A stretch of DNA of 64,000 nt from Mustelus asterias (taxonomy: Eukaryota), in assembly GCF_964213995.1 (NCBI RefSeq), contig NC_135830.1, forward strand, positions 10,664,001 to 10,728,000, read 5' to 3'. Position numbers and translations under genes: made by a program. Positions within the stretch are counted from its first letter, which is position 1. Each line of letters starts with the position of its first letter. Of this stretch, positions 46,780 to 57,509 are shown in pieces. The notes beneath the pieces are model-generated. The model was not told the origin of the DNA, made no database searches, and worked only from the letters and a program-made list of their open reading frames with translations.

Positions 46780-48680
46780 GTTTTGGATGTATGGGCTTAA
46801 ATGTTCATCTTTGTGATCTGCCCGGTTTCCCAGTTCGGAGCAGAGATTGATATGCTTTTCTTTGCTCCCTACTGTTCTGGATTTCAATTCTGTACCAGGC
46901 CCTTCCCATCTTACTCCCAGAGGTACAGGGGAAACCAATAAATGCAATGCACTTGGATTTCCATAAAGCATTCAATAGGGAAATGCACAAAAGGCTACTT
47001 AATAAGAAAAGGGGCCATAGTGTTGGCGGTATTATATCATGGATAGAGAATGGGCTAACTAAAAGAATACAGAAAATTTGGATCCGGGGAGCATTTACAA
47101 GATGGCAAACTGTAACTAGTGGAGTGCCACTAGAACCGCTGCTGGGATCAGCATTATTGATGATATATGGAAATGAGGTAAACAAGATAGTTGAATGTAT
47201 AATAGTCAGGTTTGCGGATCGAACAAAATAGGTGGGAAGGCAAGTGATGAGAATTTTGCAAAAAATCTGCGGAGGAATATGAGCAGGTTAAGCAAGTGAA
47301 CAAAAACTTGGCAGGTGGAATATAATGCAGGACAATGTGAATTTATGCACATTGTTGGGAAGAGTAAAGGGGTTGAATATTATTTAAATGGACAAAAACA
47401 GCATAAAGCTGCAGCAACATGCGATTTGGGGATCATCGTGCATATATCACGAACACGAGCGTGCAAGTTCAGCAGGTAATGAGAAATACAAATGGAATGT
47501 TGGGCATCATTTAAAAAGGAATGGAATATAACAGTAGGGGAAAAAGGATAAACGATGCAACCTGGCACAATCTTCAAATGGTGAAGAGTTTTGATCCCAA
47601 TAAATAAGGAAATGACAGAAGTGATTGACGAGGGAAAGGCCGTGAATGTTGTCTACATGGAATTTAGTAAAGCATTTAAAAAGATCCCGCATGGCAGGCT
47701 GGTGCAAAAGGTTCAATAACATGGCATCAAGGGTGAACTCGCTGGATGGAGTCAGAACTAGCTTGGCCATAGAAGGCCGTAGCGGTGGAAGGATGTTTCT
47801 TTTTTCTGAATGGCGGTCCATAACTGGTGGTGTTCCACACGGATCAATGCTGAAACCTCTGTTGTTTGTAATATATATAAATATATATATATATCTTATA
47901 TACATTACTTCAATAACATGCAGCTGGCATCATCAGGAGAGGGAGACTATTTTTTGAGCGGAGACTTCTTCTGCCGAGGGCATGAGGACAGAAACGGACG
48001 GTTCCCGCGGATTTGGATCTGCTGAAAATATATAATAAATGTCAATAAAGTGGAGAGTTCCAGATACAATTCAACGGTAGACCAGAGGCTTATCATCTTG
48101 CGGATGATACTAAGATTGCTGGAACTGCGGATAGTGATGAGGATTGTCAAATAATACAGCAGGATATAGGTAGACTGACAATTTGGGAGGGGAAATGTCA
48201 GATGGAATTTTATCCGGACAAATGCGATTTGATGCATGTTCCTTCGAGGAATGGTTGAGGAGGTCTGCCATGTAACTCATTGGAGATTAGATAAATGTGA
48301 GGCAACCTTATTGAGCTATATATCATGCTCAGGTGTCGGGACAGGGTAGATGCTGAGACGTTTCTTTTCTCCCCTTTTGTGGAAGAGTCTCGGACTACAA
48401 GGTATAATATCTGAGTAAGGGGCTGAGCCATTTAGGAGAGGGATAAGGAGGAATTTCCTCTCAGAGGGTAGTGAATCTGTTAAATTATTTACTACAGTGG
48501 GCTCTAGACGCTGGGTCATTAAGTATGTTCGTAGACAAATTTGTAATCAATAAGGGAATCAACAAATATGGAGTTGGGGCGGGAAAGTGGAGTGCAACGT
48601 TACCCTATCGGATGTGTCATGATCTCACTGAATGCCAGAGCATACTCAAAGGGTCGAATGACTATAACTTACTGCCCATG
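46780..48680 (+). mobile_element. old CR1 fragments filling the Cmu3-Cmu4 intron
   Basis: LDFHKAF, SGVP.EPLLG, GGVPHGSMLKPLLFVIYIN, ADDTKI remnants. Confidence 0.75.
47934..48089 (-). pseudogene. 156-bp duplicate of the Cmu4 acceptor and first 86 nt of the exon
   Basis: Matches 46615-46770 except for one substitution seen by eye; reads [28 protein letters not shown] then TGA TGA. Confidence 0.95.
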
Positions 48681-48900
48681 CTCTTACTCAATCTAAGCCA
48701 ATCTCACCACCTTCAATTCATTGTTCATTCATCAACTTATCAATTTCCCCATTTAAAAAAGTCCGCACGACCAGAGTGTTTAGTTAATGGAATTACCAAT
48801 CAGGAGAGGCCAAAAGAACATGGAATAATACATATTGACTTTACACATATAATGTAAATAGACACAATGGCTCATTAATCGCTCCAATCCCTCCACTCAC

Positions 48901-49209
48901 CTTCTTCCTTGTGGACGGATTTTCTTAAAGGTGTCGGCAGATCCTCATGGTTCGCAATGCAGTCAAACACAGTCCCACTCAGCCAGGCTTGTGTTGAGAT
49001 GTTTAAGTTGCTGACGACGCTGTAAGGATCCTCTCCAGGCTTTTCAGCAATTTCTGATTTCAAAGCCTTCTTGTCTTGGCTCCAGGACACGTTGAGTCCA
49101 TAAGGAGCATGAGATATGACGCAGGTTAAGGTTACAGTAGCCTCCAGTAAGACCTGTTCAATTGGTGGTGGCAGTATTGTCAAGGTGGAATCAGCATTCT
49201 GGTAAGAAT
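48901..49209 (-). CDS. IGHM: IgM Cmu3 exon
   Basis: ttgcag|[31 protein letters not shown]...W...[23 protein letters not shown]|gtgag; 309 nt, open. Confidence 0.95.
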
Positions 49210-49887
49210 CTGCAAAGGAAAAATGAAAATCAACACAAGTTCCATCTTCAGAATCAAGACAACATTATTCAGCCCTCACACTCTAAATGGAATAAATCAA
49301 CTTCGAGATATCAAACTCCAACCATCGCCCTTAATCTTCTATAGTCAATGAAAAACCAGCTTGGTCTGGGAAAACTATTCTCATTGTTAAAATATTTCTG
49401 CTCCACTCCCATTCTAATGAATCGACATTGCAACTTTCCCAATACAAATATATCATTCCTGATCTCAGGAATGCAGTCCTGAACGTTGGTTTATAAATAG
49501 GGTGAATGCACTTTTCAACACATTACCCTAAAGGTGTTACCAGACAACGACATCAGTCCAAATATTATCAGCTGCCTCAGGAATTTCTGTGCATATTAAT
49601 GCATGTCACACTAATAAATGAAATCAAAGGATAAAGCTGGTATCAATTCCACCTCTCTCACTATATGACATCAAAGTATCAAAGTTGGGGGAATCATTTT
49701 TTGCAATTCTGATAAAATCCTGAATAGTGAGCAATCCAAATGGAGCTCTTACATTAGAATGAAACACAAACTACATAGAAATAACTAAGAATTTGTTGCC
49801 TGCAATGTCCTAACTTCAATCATTTTTGGTTTTGATTAAAAGCAGAGCGCAGAGTAACCAATTTCTTTATTGGTCTGTGCCTCTTAC

Positions 49888-50202
49888 CCAGAGATCCAGT
49901 GATGTTTCGACTTTGGAGGAGGCCTTGATGAGTGACCTGGCAGGTATAGACTGCTTTGCTGAACCATTCTCCAGCGGAGACTGTCAGCCCACTGCTCGCC
50001 GAGAGGTTCCCATTCGCATTCCAGGCGGGAGAGGTGACAATTCCTGAATCCATGGGTTGTCCATTCTTCAGCCACTTCACCGTCATTGACTTTGGAAAGA
50101 AACCGATAATTGAACAGATAACGGTTGCAAATTTGCTGCTTGTGATTTCTTCACTGGAACTCACGGTGAGGATAACGGTTGGTGCGATGTCATCTCGAGG
50201 AC
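49888..50202 (-). CDS. IGHM: IgM Cmu2 exon
   Basis: ctgaag|[54 protein letters not shown]|gtaag; 315 nt, open. Confidence 0.95.
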
Positions 50203-50409
50203 CTTCAGAAACACATGTTAATCATTTTCAGCAGAAGATGTTGATCAATCAAATGCATTCTGTATTATCAATTCATTTGCAGTCAATGGACACAAACCTG
50301 GATATTCCAGGGGTCAAGAATATGCAGATCTCTATAAATTAGTTATAACAAATGTCACATACAGGTTAATCAAAGGAATTTTGTTATGTACAATTTCTAC
50401 AACACTTAC

Positions 50410-50709
50410 ATTGCATTTCAATGCTCTTATCTGAACCGCTGTGTCGAACCTCACAGTTGATGTTGCTGCATGCTCCCTCTGACTCGGTGATGGTTAATTG
50501 GCTGCTTAGGGTGTAGGTTCCCTTTGTGTTTCTCATTGATGGGTAAGTCTTAACTCCAGTGGTGATCGGCTGTCCATCTTTCTTCCAGGTCAGCCTGGTG
50601 ATTTCTGGGAAGTAGTCCATCGCCAAGCAGCCGTAGGTGACGGTGCCGTCGGTGTTGTGTTGCTGACAGGAGGAGACCAGGTTGTGGAGAACGAGCGGAG
50701 ACGGTGTCG
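50410..50709 (-). CDS. IGHM: IgM Cmu1 exon
   Basis: ttcccag|[46 protein letters not shown]...[18 protein letters not shown]|gtaag; 300 nt, open. Confidence 0.96.
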
Positions 50710-51097
50710 CTGGGAAAGAATGGCCGATATAACAAGTTAGACTCTGTTATTTGCGATTACTAAGCCAGCAGACATTTCAGGATTTGACCAGAACTGTGAG
50801 GTTATGCTAATATTTCCGAACAAAACCTACATCACATTTGAGATTTTATTTGTGCTATTAGTTAGAAACCATCACCTGTTCCTTCCCTCTGTAGAAACTC
50901 ACATCTCTTTCTCCGTCTCTGTCACATTGGAGAAAAAAAACATTTTGACGTTATCTGAATGACATACATGGCATTGGATCAAAAGAGAAGAGACAGCGGA
51001 TTCTGTCCATCAACTCTGCGACCATTTGTTTCTCAATCATCAACAGTTGGTGAGGAGGAAGTTGTCTCTACATTTATGTCGTTGCAGTTTTGGAAAT

Positions 51098-51475
51098 TAG
51101 AGAATCCCTACAGTACAGAAGGAGGCCATTTGGCCCATTTAGTCTGTACCAATGACAATCCCACCCAGGCCCTATTCCCAAACCCTGCTACTGCTCTTGC
51201 GAACCCTGCCAGCTCGTGGAATATTCTCTGTAAACACATTTCATATCGAATATTACCCTGCTAATCCCCCTGACACTAGGGTCAATTTAGCCTGGCCAAT
51301 CAATGTAACCCGCACATCTTTGGAGTGTGGGAGGAAACCGGAGCACCCGAAGGAAACCCACGCAGGCACGGAGAGGATGTACAAACTCCACACAGACAGT
51401 GACTGGGGTTGAAATCGAGCCTGGGTCCCTGGCGCTGAGAGGCAGCAGTGCTCAACACTGTGCCACCATGCGGCC
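51098..51475 (-). mobile_element. HE1-like SINE
   Basis: Reverse-complement V-domain GGAAACCGGAGCACCCG..AAACTCCACACAGACAGTGAC. Confidence 0.88.
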
Positions 51476-51699
51476 AAATTGCCAGTGTTCAAGCCCACTA
51501 ATGCCCCTCTCCTCCTCTTTCCATCCCTCTGCCACCAAACGCCCCCTCCTACAACACCCAAAGCCCCAAAAACAATGATTCGTGACTTTGCTTTAAAAAT
51601 GCCATCAGGATGAATATTTATGTAATCATCATATGCCCTAACTGTCAATACTAATTCAAGCAATTGCAATTACTACTTGGACTACAAAGACGACTTGCA

Positions 51700-52735
51700 T
51701 GACGAACGGCAAAATCAGCAAGTGATAGTCCATAGGAAGGTGGCTGTGGTTATGGAGGGTCAGTCATCGCAGCTCAAGAACATCTCTGCCTTCGGGTAGT
51801 ATCCTAAGCCGAACAGTCTTCAGCTGCTTCAGCAATGACCTTCCCTCCGTCGTAAGGTCAGAAGTGGGGATATTCACCAATGATTCGCCACTCATCAGAT
51901 GGTGAAGCAGTCCATGTTCAAATGCAACAAGATCTGGACAATATCCAGGCTTGAGTCTGACAGGTGGCAAGTAACATTCGCGCCGCACAAATGCCAGGCA
52001 ATGACAATCACAAATAAGGGAAACTCTAAACACAGTCCCTTGACTTTTGATGGTGTTAACATCACTGAATCAATGTCGAAACTTTTGGGGTTACCATTGA
52101 CCAGAAACTCAACTGGGCACACCACATAAACACAGTGGCTACGAGAACAGTTCAGAGGCTAGGAATACCGCGGCGAGTAACTCAACTCCTGACTCCCCAA
52201 AGCCTATCAATCAACTAAAAGGTACTTGTCAAAAGTGCAATGGAATACTCCCCACTTGGCTAGATGGGTGCAGCTCCAACAACACTCAGGAAGCTTGACA
52301 CCATCCCGGACAAAGCAGCCCGCTTGATTGCCACGGATCTACAAAGATCCAATCTCTCCACCACCGACGCTCAGTAGCAGCAGTGTATGCTATCTGCAAG
52401 ATGCACTGCAGCAATTGACCAAAGATTCTTAGACAGCAGCTTCCACACTCAAGAACTCTTGCATCTAAAAGGACAACGGCGGCAGATAAATGGGAACACC
52501 TCCACCTGCAAGTTCCCCTCCAAGCCGTTCACCATCCCGACTTGGAAATATATCGCCGTTCCTTCGCAGTCGCTGGGTCAAAATCCTAGAATTCCCTCCC
52601 TAACGGCATTCCACAGAACATGAACTGCAGCGATTCAAGAAGGCAGCTCACCACCACCTTCTCGAGGGCAACCAGGGATGGGCAATAAAGGCTGGCCATC
52701 CAGCGATCCCATATCCCAAGAATGAATAAACAAAA
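51700..52735 (+). mobile_element. L2/CR1-group LINE 3' fragment
   Basis: WQVTFAPHKCQAMTI, MEYSPL remnants; tail AGGGATGGGCAATAAAGGCTGGCC...GAATGAATAAA. Confidence 0.8.
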
Positions 52736-52879
52736 TAATTAAACAATTTTCTCTAATCTTAGGACCATACATTCAAAGCATGAGAAGGACATTCCGCCCC
52801 TTGAGCTTTCTCCTCCATTCAGTAACATCATGGCTGAACTGATTGTGCTGTTAACTCCATATTCCAACCTTTCCCCTCG

Positions 52880-53640
52880 CCTACGGAAAGTTAGCTGTCT
52901 ACTCTTTCCCGGATCTTTCCCCGATCCCTCGGCTTTCCACATTTTCCCTCGGCTCCCTGCGCTTTGACCCGTCTCACTATGCTCTCTGCACATTTGACCC
53001 TCCGCCCCCCCACTTCGCTTTTCCCCGCATCTCTGCCATGACTCCCTCTCCCTACACTTTCCCCAGGCTCTGTGCCCTTTCTCTGCTCTTTCTGGACTTT
53101 CTGTATGCTACGTTCCTTCCTGTATCTCCACTTTCTCTCTACCATTGTCCCCCGGCTCTCTGCCCTTTCCCCGCCTCTTTGCCCTTTCCCCCGACTCCTT
53201 GCTTTTTTCACCGGCATCCTGCCATTCCCCCTGGCTCTATGCTCTTTCCCGCCAGCTCTTTTCCCAATCACCCGGCTGTATTCCCTTTCCCCCGGTTCTC
53301 AGCCCTTTCCCCCCGACTCCCTGCATTTTCCTCCGGTTCTGTACTCTTTTCCAAGGCATTCTGTAATTTTCTCCGACTCTCTGTACTTCCTTTCATCTTT
53401 GTGCCCGTTCCACCGGCTGTCCATCCTTTAACCTGGTCTCTGAATTTCCCTGGCTGTCGGCCATTTCCACTTGCATCCTGTGGTTTCCCCGCCTCTGTGC
53501 AGTTTCCCTGGCTCTTGAGCTTCCCTTCATCTCACTCTTGGCATTCTCCTGCATTTGGACATCACTCGTCTTCAGATCTCACTTCAGTTCTCTGTTGTTG
53601 AATAGACCACCCCCCCCACCACCTCCCCACCTCCCTCCCC
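52880..53640. repeat. pyrimidine-rich degenerate minisatellite (G/A-rich on minus strand)
   Basis: Recurrent CCCTTTCCCCGGCTCTGTG-like units. Confidence 0.8.
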
Positions 53641-53659
53641 ACCCACCGCCGCCCATTTC

Positions 53660-54590
53660 GCGACTGTGAGTGGGAGAGTGTGAGTGAGTGATGCTGGGTG
53701 AGGGATGAGGGTGAGTGAGTGAGGCTGATTGAATGATGGTGAGTGAGAGTGAGTGACACAAGGAAGTTTCAGTGACTGATTGAGTGCATGGGGATGATGA
53801 AGATGAGTGCACATGAGTGAGTGTGAGTGAAGGTGAGTGAATGAGGGTGAGTGACGCAACTAAGTTTCAATGAGTGAGTGAGTGCATGGGGATGGATGAA
53901 GATGAGTGCATATGAGTGAGTGTGAGTGAACGTGAGTGAGTGAGGGTGAGTGAAGGCGACTGAGTGACGCTGTGTGAGTGAGGTAGTGTGAAAGTGAGTG
54001 AGTGAGAATGAGTGAATGATGTTGGACAGCGTGTGAAAATCACTGAGAGTAACTGAGGTTGGGTGAGTGAGCCAGGGTGACTGAGTGAGGTGGTGAAAAT
54101 GAGTGAGAGTGAATTAGTGAGTCTTAGTGAATTGTAATGAGTGACTGAGTGAGGGTGAGCGATTGTGAGTGAATCAGGATGTGTGAGTGAAGGTGATTGA
54201 GTTTCAGTGACGGCGAGTGATTGAGGAAGAGTGAGCGTGGGTGACTGAGAGATGGTGAGTGAGTGAGGTTGAGTGAGGATGAATGCCGATGGGTGTGTCA
54301 GGGTGAGGGTGGGTGAAGGTGAGTGTGGGTGAATGAGGCTGGGTGAGTGGGGATGAGTGAATGAAGGTGGGTGAATGAGAGTGTGTGAGCGAAAGAGGGT
54401 GCGTAAGAGCATGTGAGTGAGTCGGGGTCAGTCTGGATGTTTGAGAGAGTGTAAGTGACTGAGGGTGTGCGAGTAAGGGTGATTGTTTGAGAGTGAGTGT
54501 GGGTGGGTGAATGAGGGTGAATGAGTGAGTGTGGGTGAGTTTGGGTCAGTGAGGATAAGTGAGTCAATGTGTGTCAGTGAGGGTGGATCA
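53660..54590. repeat. (GAGT/GTGA)-rich degenerate satellite
   Basis: Repeated GTGAGTGAGT / GAGGGTGAGT. Confidence 0.9.
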
Positions 54591-54820
54591 GATAATGGAG
54601 CAGCGCTATGAAAGCTCATGATTCCAAATAAACCTGTTGGACTTTAACCTGGTGTTGTGCGACTTCTTACTGTACCCACCCCAGTCCAACGCTGGCATCT
54701 ACACATCATTGCTATCATCGGCACCGCAAGCCGCCGGCTCAAAGTGGACTCCCGTGACGAAGGAGCAGAGCTCCGAAAGGTCGTGATTCCAAATAAACCT
54801 GTTGGAATTCAACCTTCTTA
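54585..54820 (+). mobile_element. two Penelope terminal-repeat fragments with hammerhead-like motifs
   Basis: GGAGCAGCGCTATGAAAGCTC and GTGACGAAGGAGCAGAGCTCCGAAAGGTCGTG, each followed by ATTCCAAATAAACCTGTTGG. Confidence 0.75.
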
Positions 54821-54889
54821 CTATAAGAAGTTTAGTAAGGGGCTGAGGACATAGCTTGTGGAGTGCTGGTGTTGGGGATAATATGTGTT

Positions 54890-55300
54890 AGACAGTGTGG
54901 GTGTGTGTTTGTGTGTGTGTAGGTGTGTTTGCGTGCGTGTGTTTGTGTGTGAGAGAGAGAGAATGAAAGAAAGATCGTGTGTGGTGTGTGTTTGCGTGAG
55001 ATGGAGAGTGAGAGACGTGTGTGTGGCCGAGATTGTGTGTCGTTCGTCTGAGAGGGAGTGTGTGAGAGACATTTGCATGTGAGAGCCTGAGATTTTCCAT
55101 GTGTGAGGCAGTGTCTCTGTGTGTGAGAGACAGTGTGCGTGAGTGTGTGTGTCTCAGAGAGAGAGAGAGAGAAAGAGAAAATGTGTGTGTTTGCAGCGTT
55201 ATTTTATACTTGAGTGCGTATGAGAGTGTGTGAAGGGAAAAGTGAGAGAGAAAGAACGTGCAAATGAAACATAGTTGGTGTGTGCGTGAGGGCCACGTTT
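54890..55300. repeat. (TG)/(GA) low-complexity block
   Basis: Dinucleotide runs. Confidence 0.85.
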
Positions 55301-55319
55301 GAGAGAACATGAACCTCTG

Positions 55320-56070
55320 ATAAAAAGGGAAAACGCTGGACAAGCTCAGTACGTTTGGCAGCATCGGTAAGGAGAGAAAATAGCTGATGTTTCGAGTCTG
55401 GACGACCGTTTGTCAAAACTAAAGAGCATAGATACTGAAAGATATTTATGCTGTAGGGTGAGGGAATAAAAGATGAGTCATAGGCAAGAACGAAGGGAAA
55501 GGTGCTCAAAAGTGCTGATGGAAGTCCATGGAGAGAATAGAATGTGTGAATGGCCAAACGGCAGAGAAGTCAAAATCAGAGGGTAAACTAGAGATGTAAC
55601 AGATGGCCCTGAAGTTGGGGGAGGGGTGACAAAGGGAGAAGCGTGGGAAAAAAGTAGAAAAGAAGAGGAAAAGGGATGAATGAAAGAATAAAAGGTGGGG
55701 GGGGGGGGTAAGGAAAGAAGGAAAAAAGTAAAATGGGGGTAAGAGTAGAGTGGGAAGAAAAATAAAGAAAGACGAATACAATGAAAAATAAAAGATCGGA
55801 AATGAAAGTAGAAAAATGTTAAAAAGGAAAATAAACGAGAGAAAAGAAAGATGGGGAAAAACAAAGGTAAAGAACATTAAAAAAAAGAAACAAGGGGTTC
55901 CAAGTGGGGTAGAGCTAATCATCTGACATTGAATTCGATGTTGAGGCCGGAAGCCAGTAAAGCGCCGAAGCGAAAGATGAGGTGTTGTTCCTCCAGTTTG
56001 TGTTGAGCTTCACTGGAATATTGCAGCAGGCCATGGACAGGCCTGAGGGCATGAAATGTCCGTCGAGTGC
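55320..56070 (-). mobile_element. Penelope-like element 3' end (second family)
   Basis: KLEEQHLIFRFGALLASGLNIEFN (GIY-YIG C-terminus), pyrimidine-rich UTR, TTTGACAAACGGTCGTCCAGACTCGAAACATCAGC. Confidence 0.8.
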
Positions 56071-56079
56071 GTGTTTGTG

Positions 56080-56400
56080 ATAAAATGAGAGAGAAAAAAT
56101 GAGAGAAAAAATGTGAAAAAACGTGTGTGAGATAGTGTGCGTGCGTATGACTGTGTGTGTATAGAGAGAGATTGTGTGTTGGGTGTATGTGAGGGCGAAT
56201 GTGTGAGAGACATGTATGAATGTGTGTGAGTGTGGATAAGAAAGAGAGATTATGTATGAGAGCCTGAGCGTGTACGTGTGTGGGACAGTGAGCCTCTGTG
56301 TAAGAGAGGGTGTGCATGTGTGAGAGGGTGTGTGTGTGTGTTCGGGTGTGTGCATGTCTGTGTATGCGTATGTGTGTGAGGGAGAGAGAGAGAGAGAGGT
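56080..56400. repeat. (TG)/(GA) low-complexity block
   Basis: Dinucleotide runs. Confidence 0.85.
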
Positions 56401-57509
56401 TGGTTGGGGGGGTGGGGCGGGGGGAGGTGGACTACCACCCGATCTATATCCTGTGCAAGTCTATATTTGAAACAATGTCGCTGTTGCTTCACTGTCGCTG
56501 GGTCAAAGTCCTGGGACTTCCTCTGCAACAGCACAGCAGATACATTGGCACCACACGGACTGCAGTCATTCAAGGATACTTCAAGTCAAAATTTGCCCCT
56601 TGCGAAAGATATCAAATTTTGGCCTCGCAAGCGACTGTAAAATCGAATTACACTGTAAAATCCAATATTCCCATGGCCGGTGGGTCAGCTTTTAATAATT
56701 TTCCCCTGTCTCTTTTAAATCTCGAAAACTGGGCAGAAAAATGCAATTTCGCTGAAAATGAGCACATCGAATTTAACAGATTCAGTGTAGTTTAATTTCC
56801 CTAACAGATATGGTGTTACAGTAAGAATTAAACAAACCAGGAAATATTTAAATTGAAAATCATTACCTGATTCGATCTAATTTCTTAATTAACTGTAATC
56901 AACAAAATAATCGAAGCAAAACACCTTATAGAGCAGATTACAGCTGAGTAATGTATTGTTTTCTGAATTCATTTTCCATACAATTAAATATTCTCTAAAA
57001 CCGTTAAATTTGATTGTTGGAGGTCATTTTTGTTGAATTAATTAGCACGAATATTATATATAACTTATTATTAATTGCCAGTTCTTTCTCCTGTCAGCTG
57101 ATTTGTTTTATATAATAAAAAACAGTTCTCAATAATTCAAAACTCCCTTCTGCAGAGAACGTTGTTAAGTAATTGGGTTTCAACGAAATCTTAAACAGTG
57201 TTAAACAATTAACATCAAATTACTGGATGGAAACGTTCAGACATCTTTAATAATTTTACCTTCATCTATTCACATTTTATTATTTGATTTTTGTCTTTTA
57301 CGAAAAGCCTTCTATTAACCCACAAATTGATTAAAAATGCATACTTCAAGGCCCAAGTATACTGTAAAGCATGGCTGTTTGTGATCAATAAAATTGCTTC
57401 CTTGATTTAATCGTTCATAAGAACATAAGAAATAGGAGCAGGAGTAGGCCATCTAGCCCCTCGAGCCTGCCCCGCCATTCAATAAGATCATGGCTGATCT
57501 GACGTGGAT

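Noticed and set aside
38348-50709. Assignment as IgW or IgNAR
   Set aside because: Four C domains with Cmu-type sequences and the [13 protein letters not shown] tailpiece fit IgM; no extra C exons seen
53038-56573. Long Pro/Ser/His/Phe-rich ORFs
   Set aside because: Arise from low-complexity repeats and Penelope UTR
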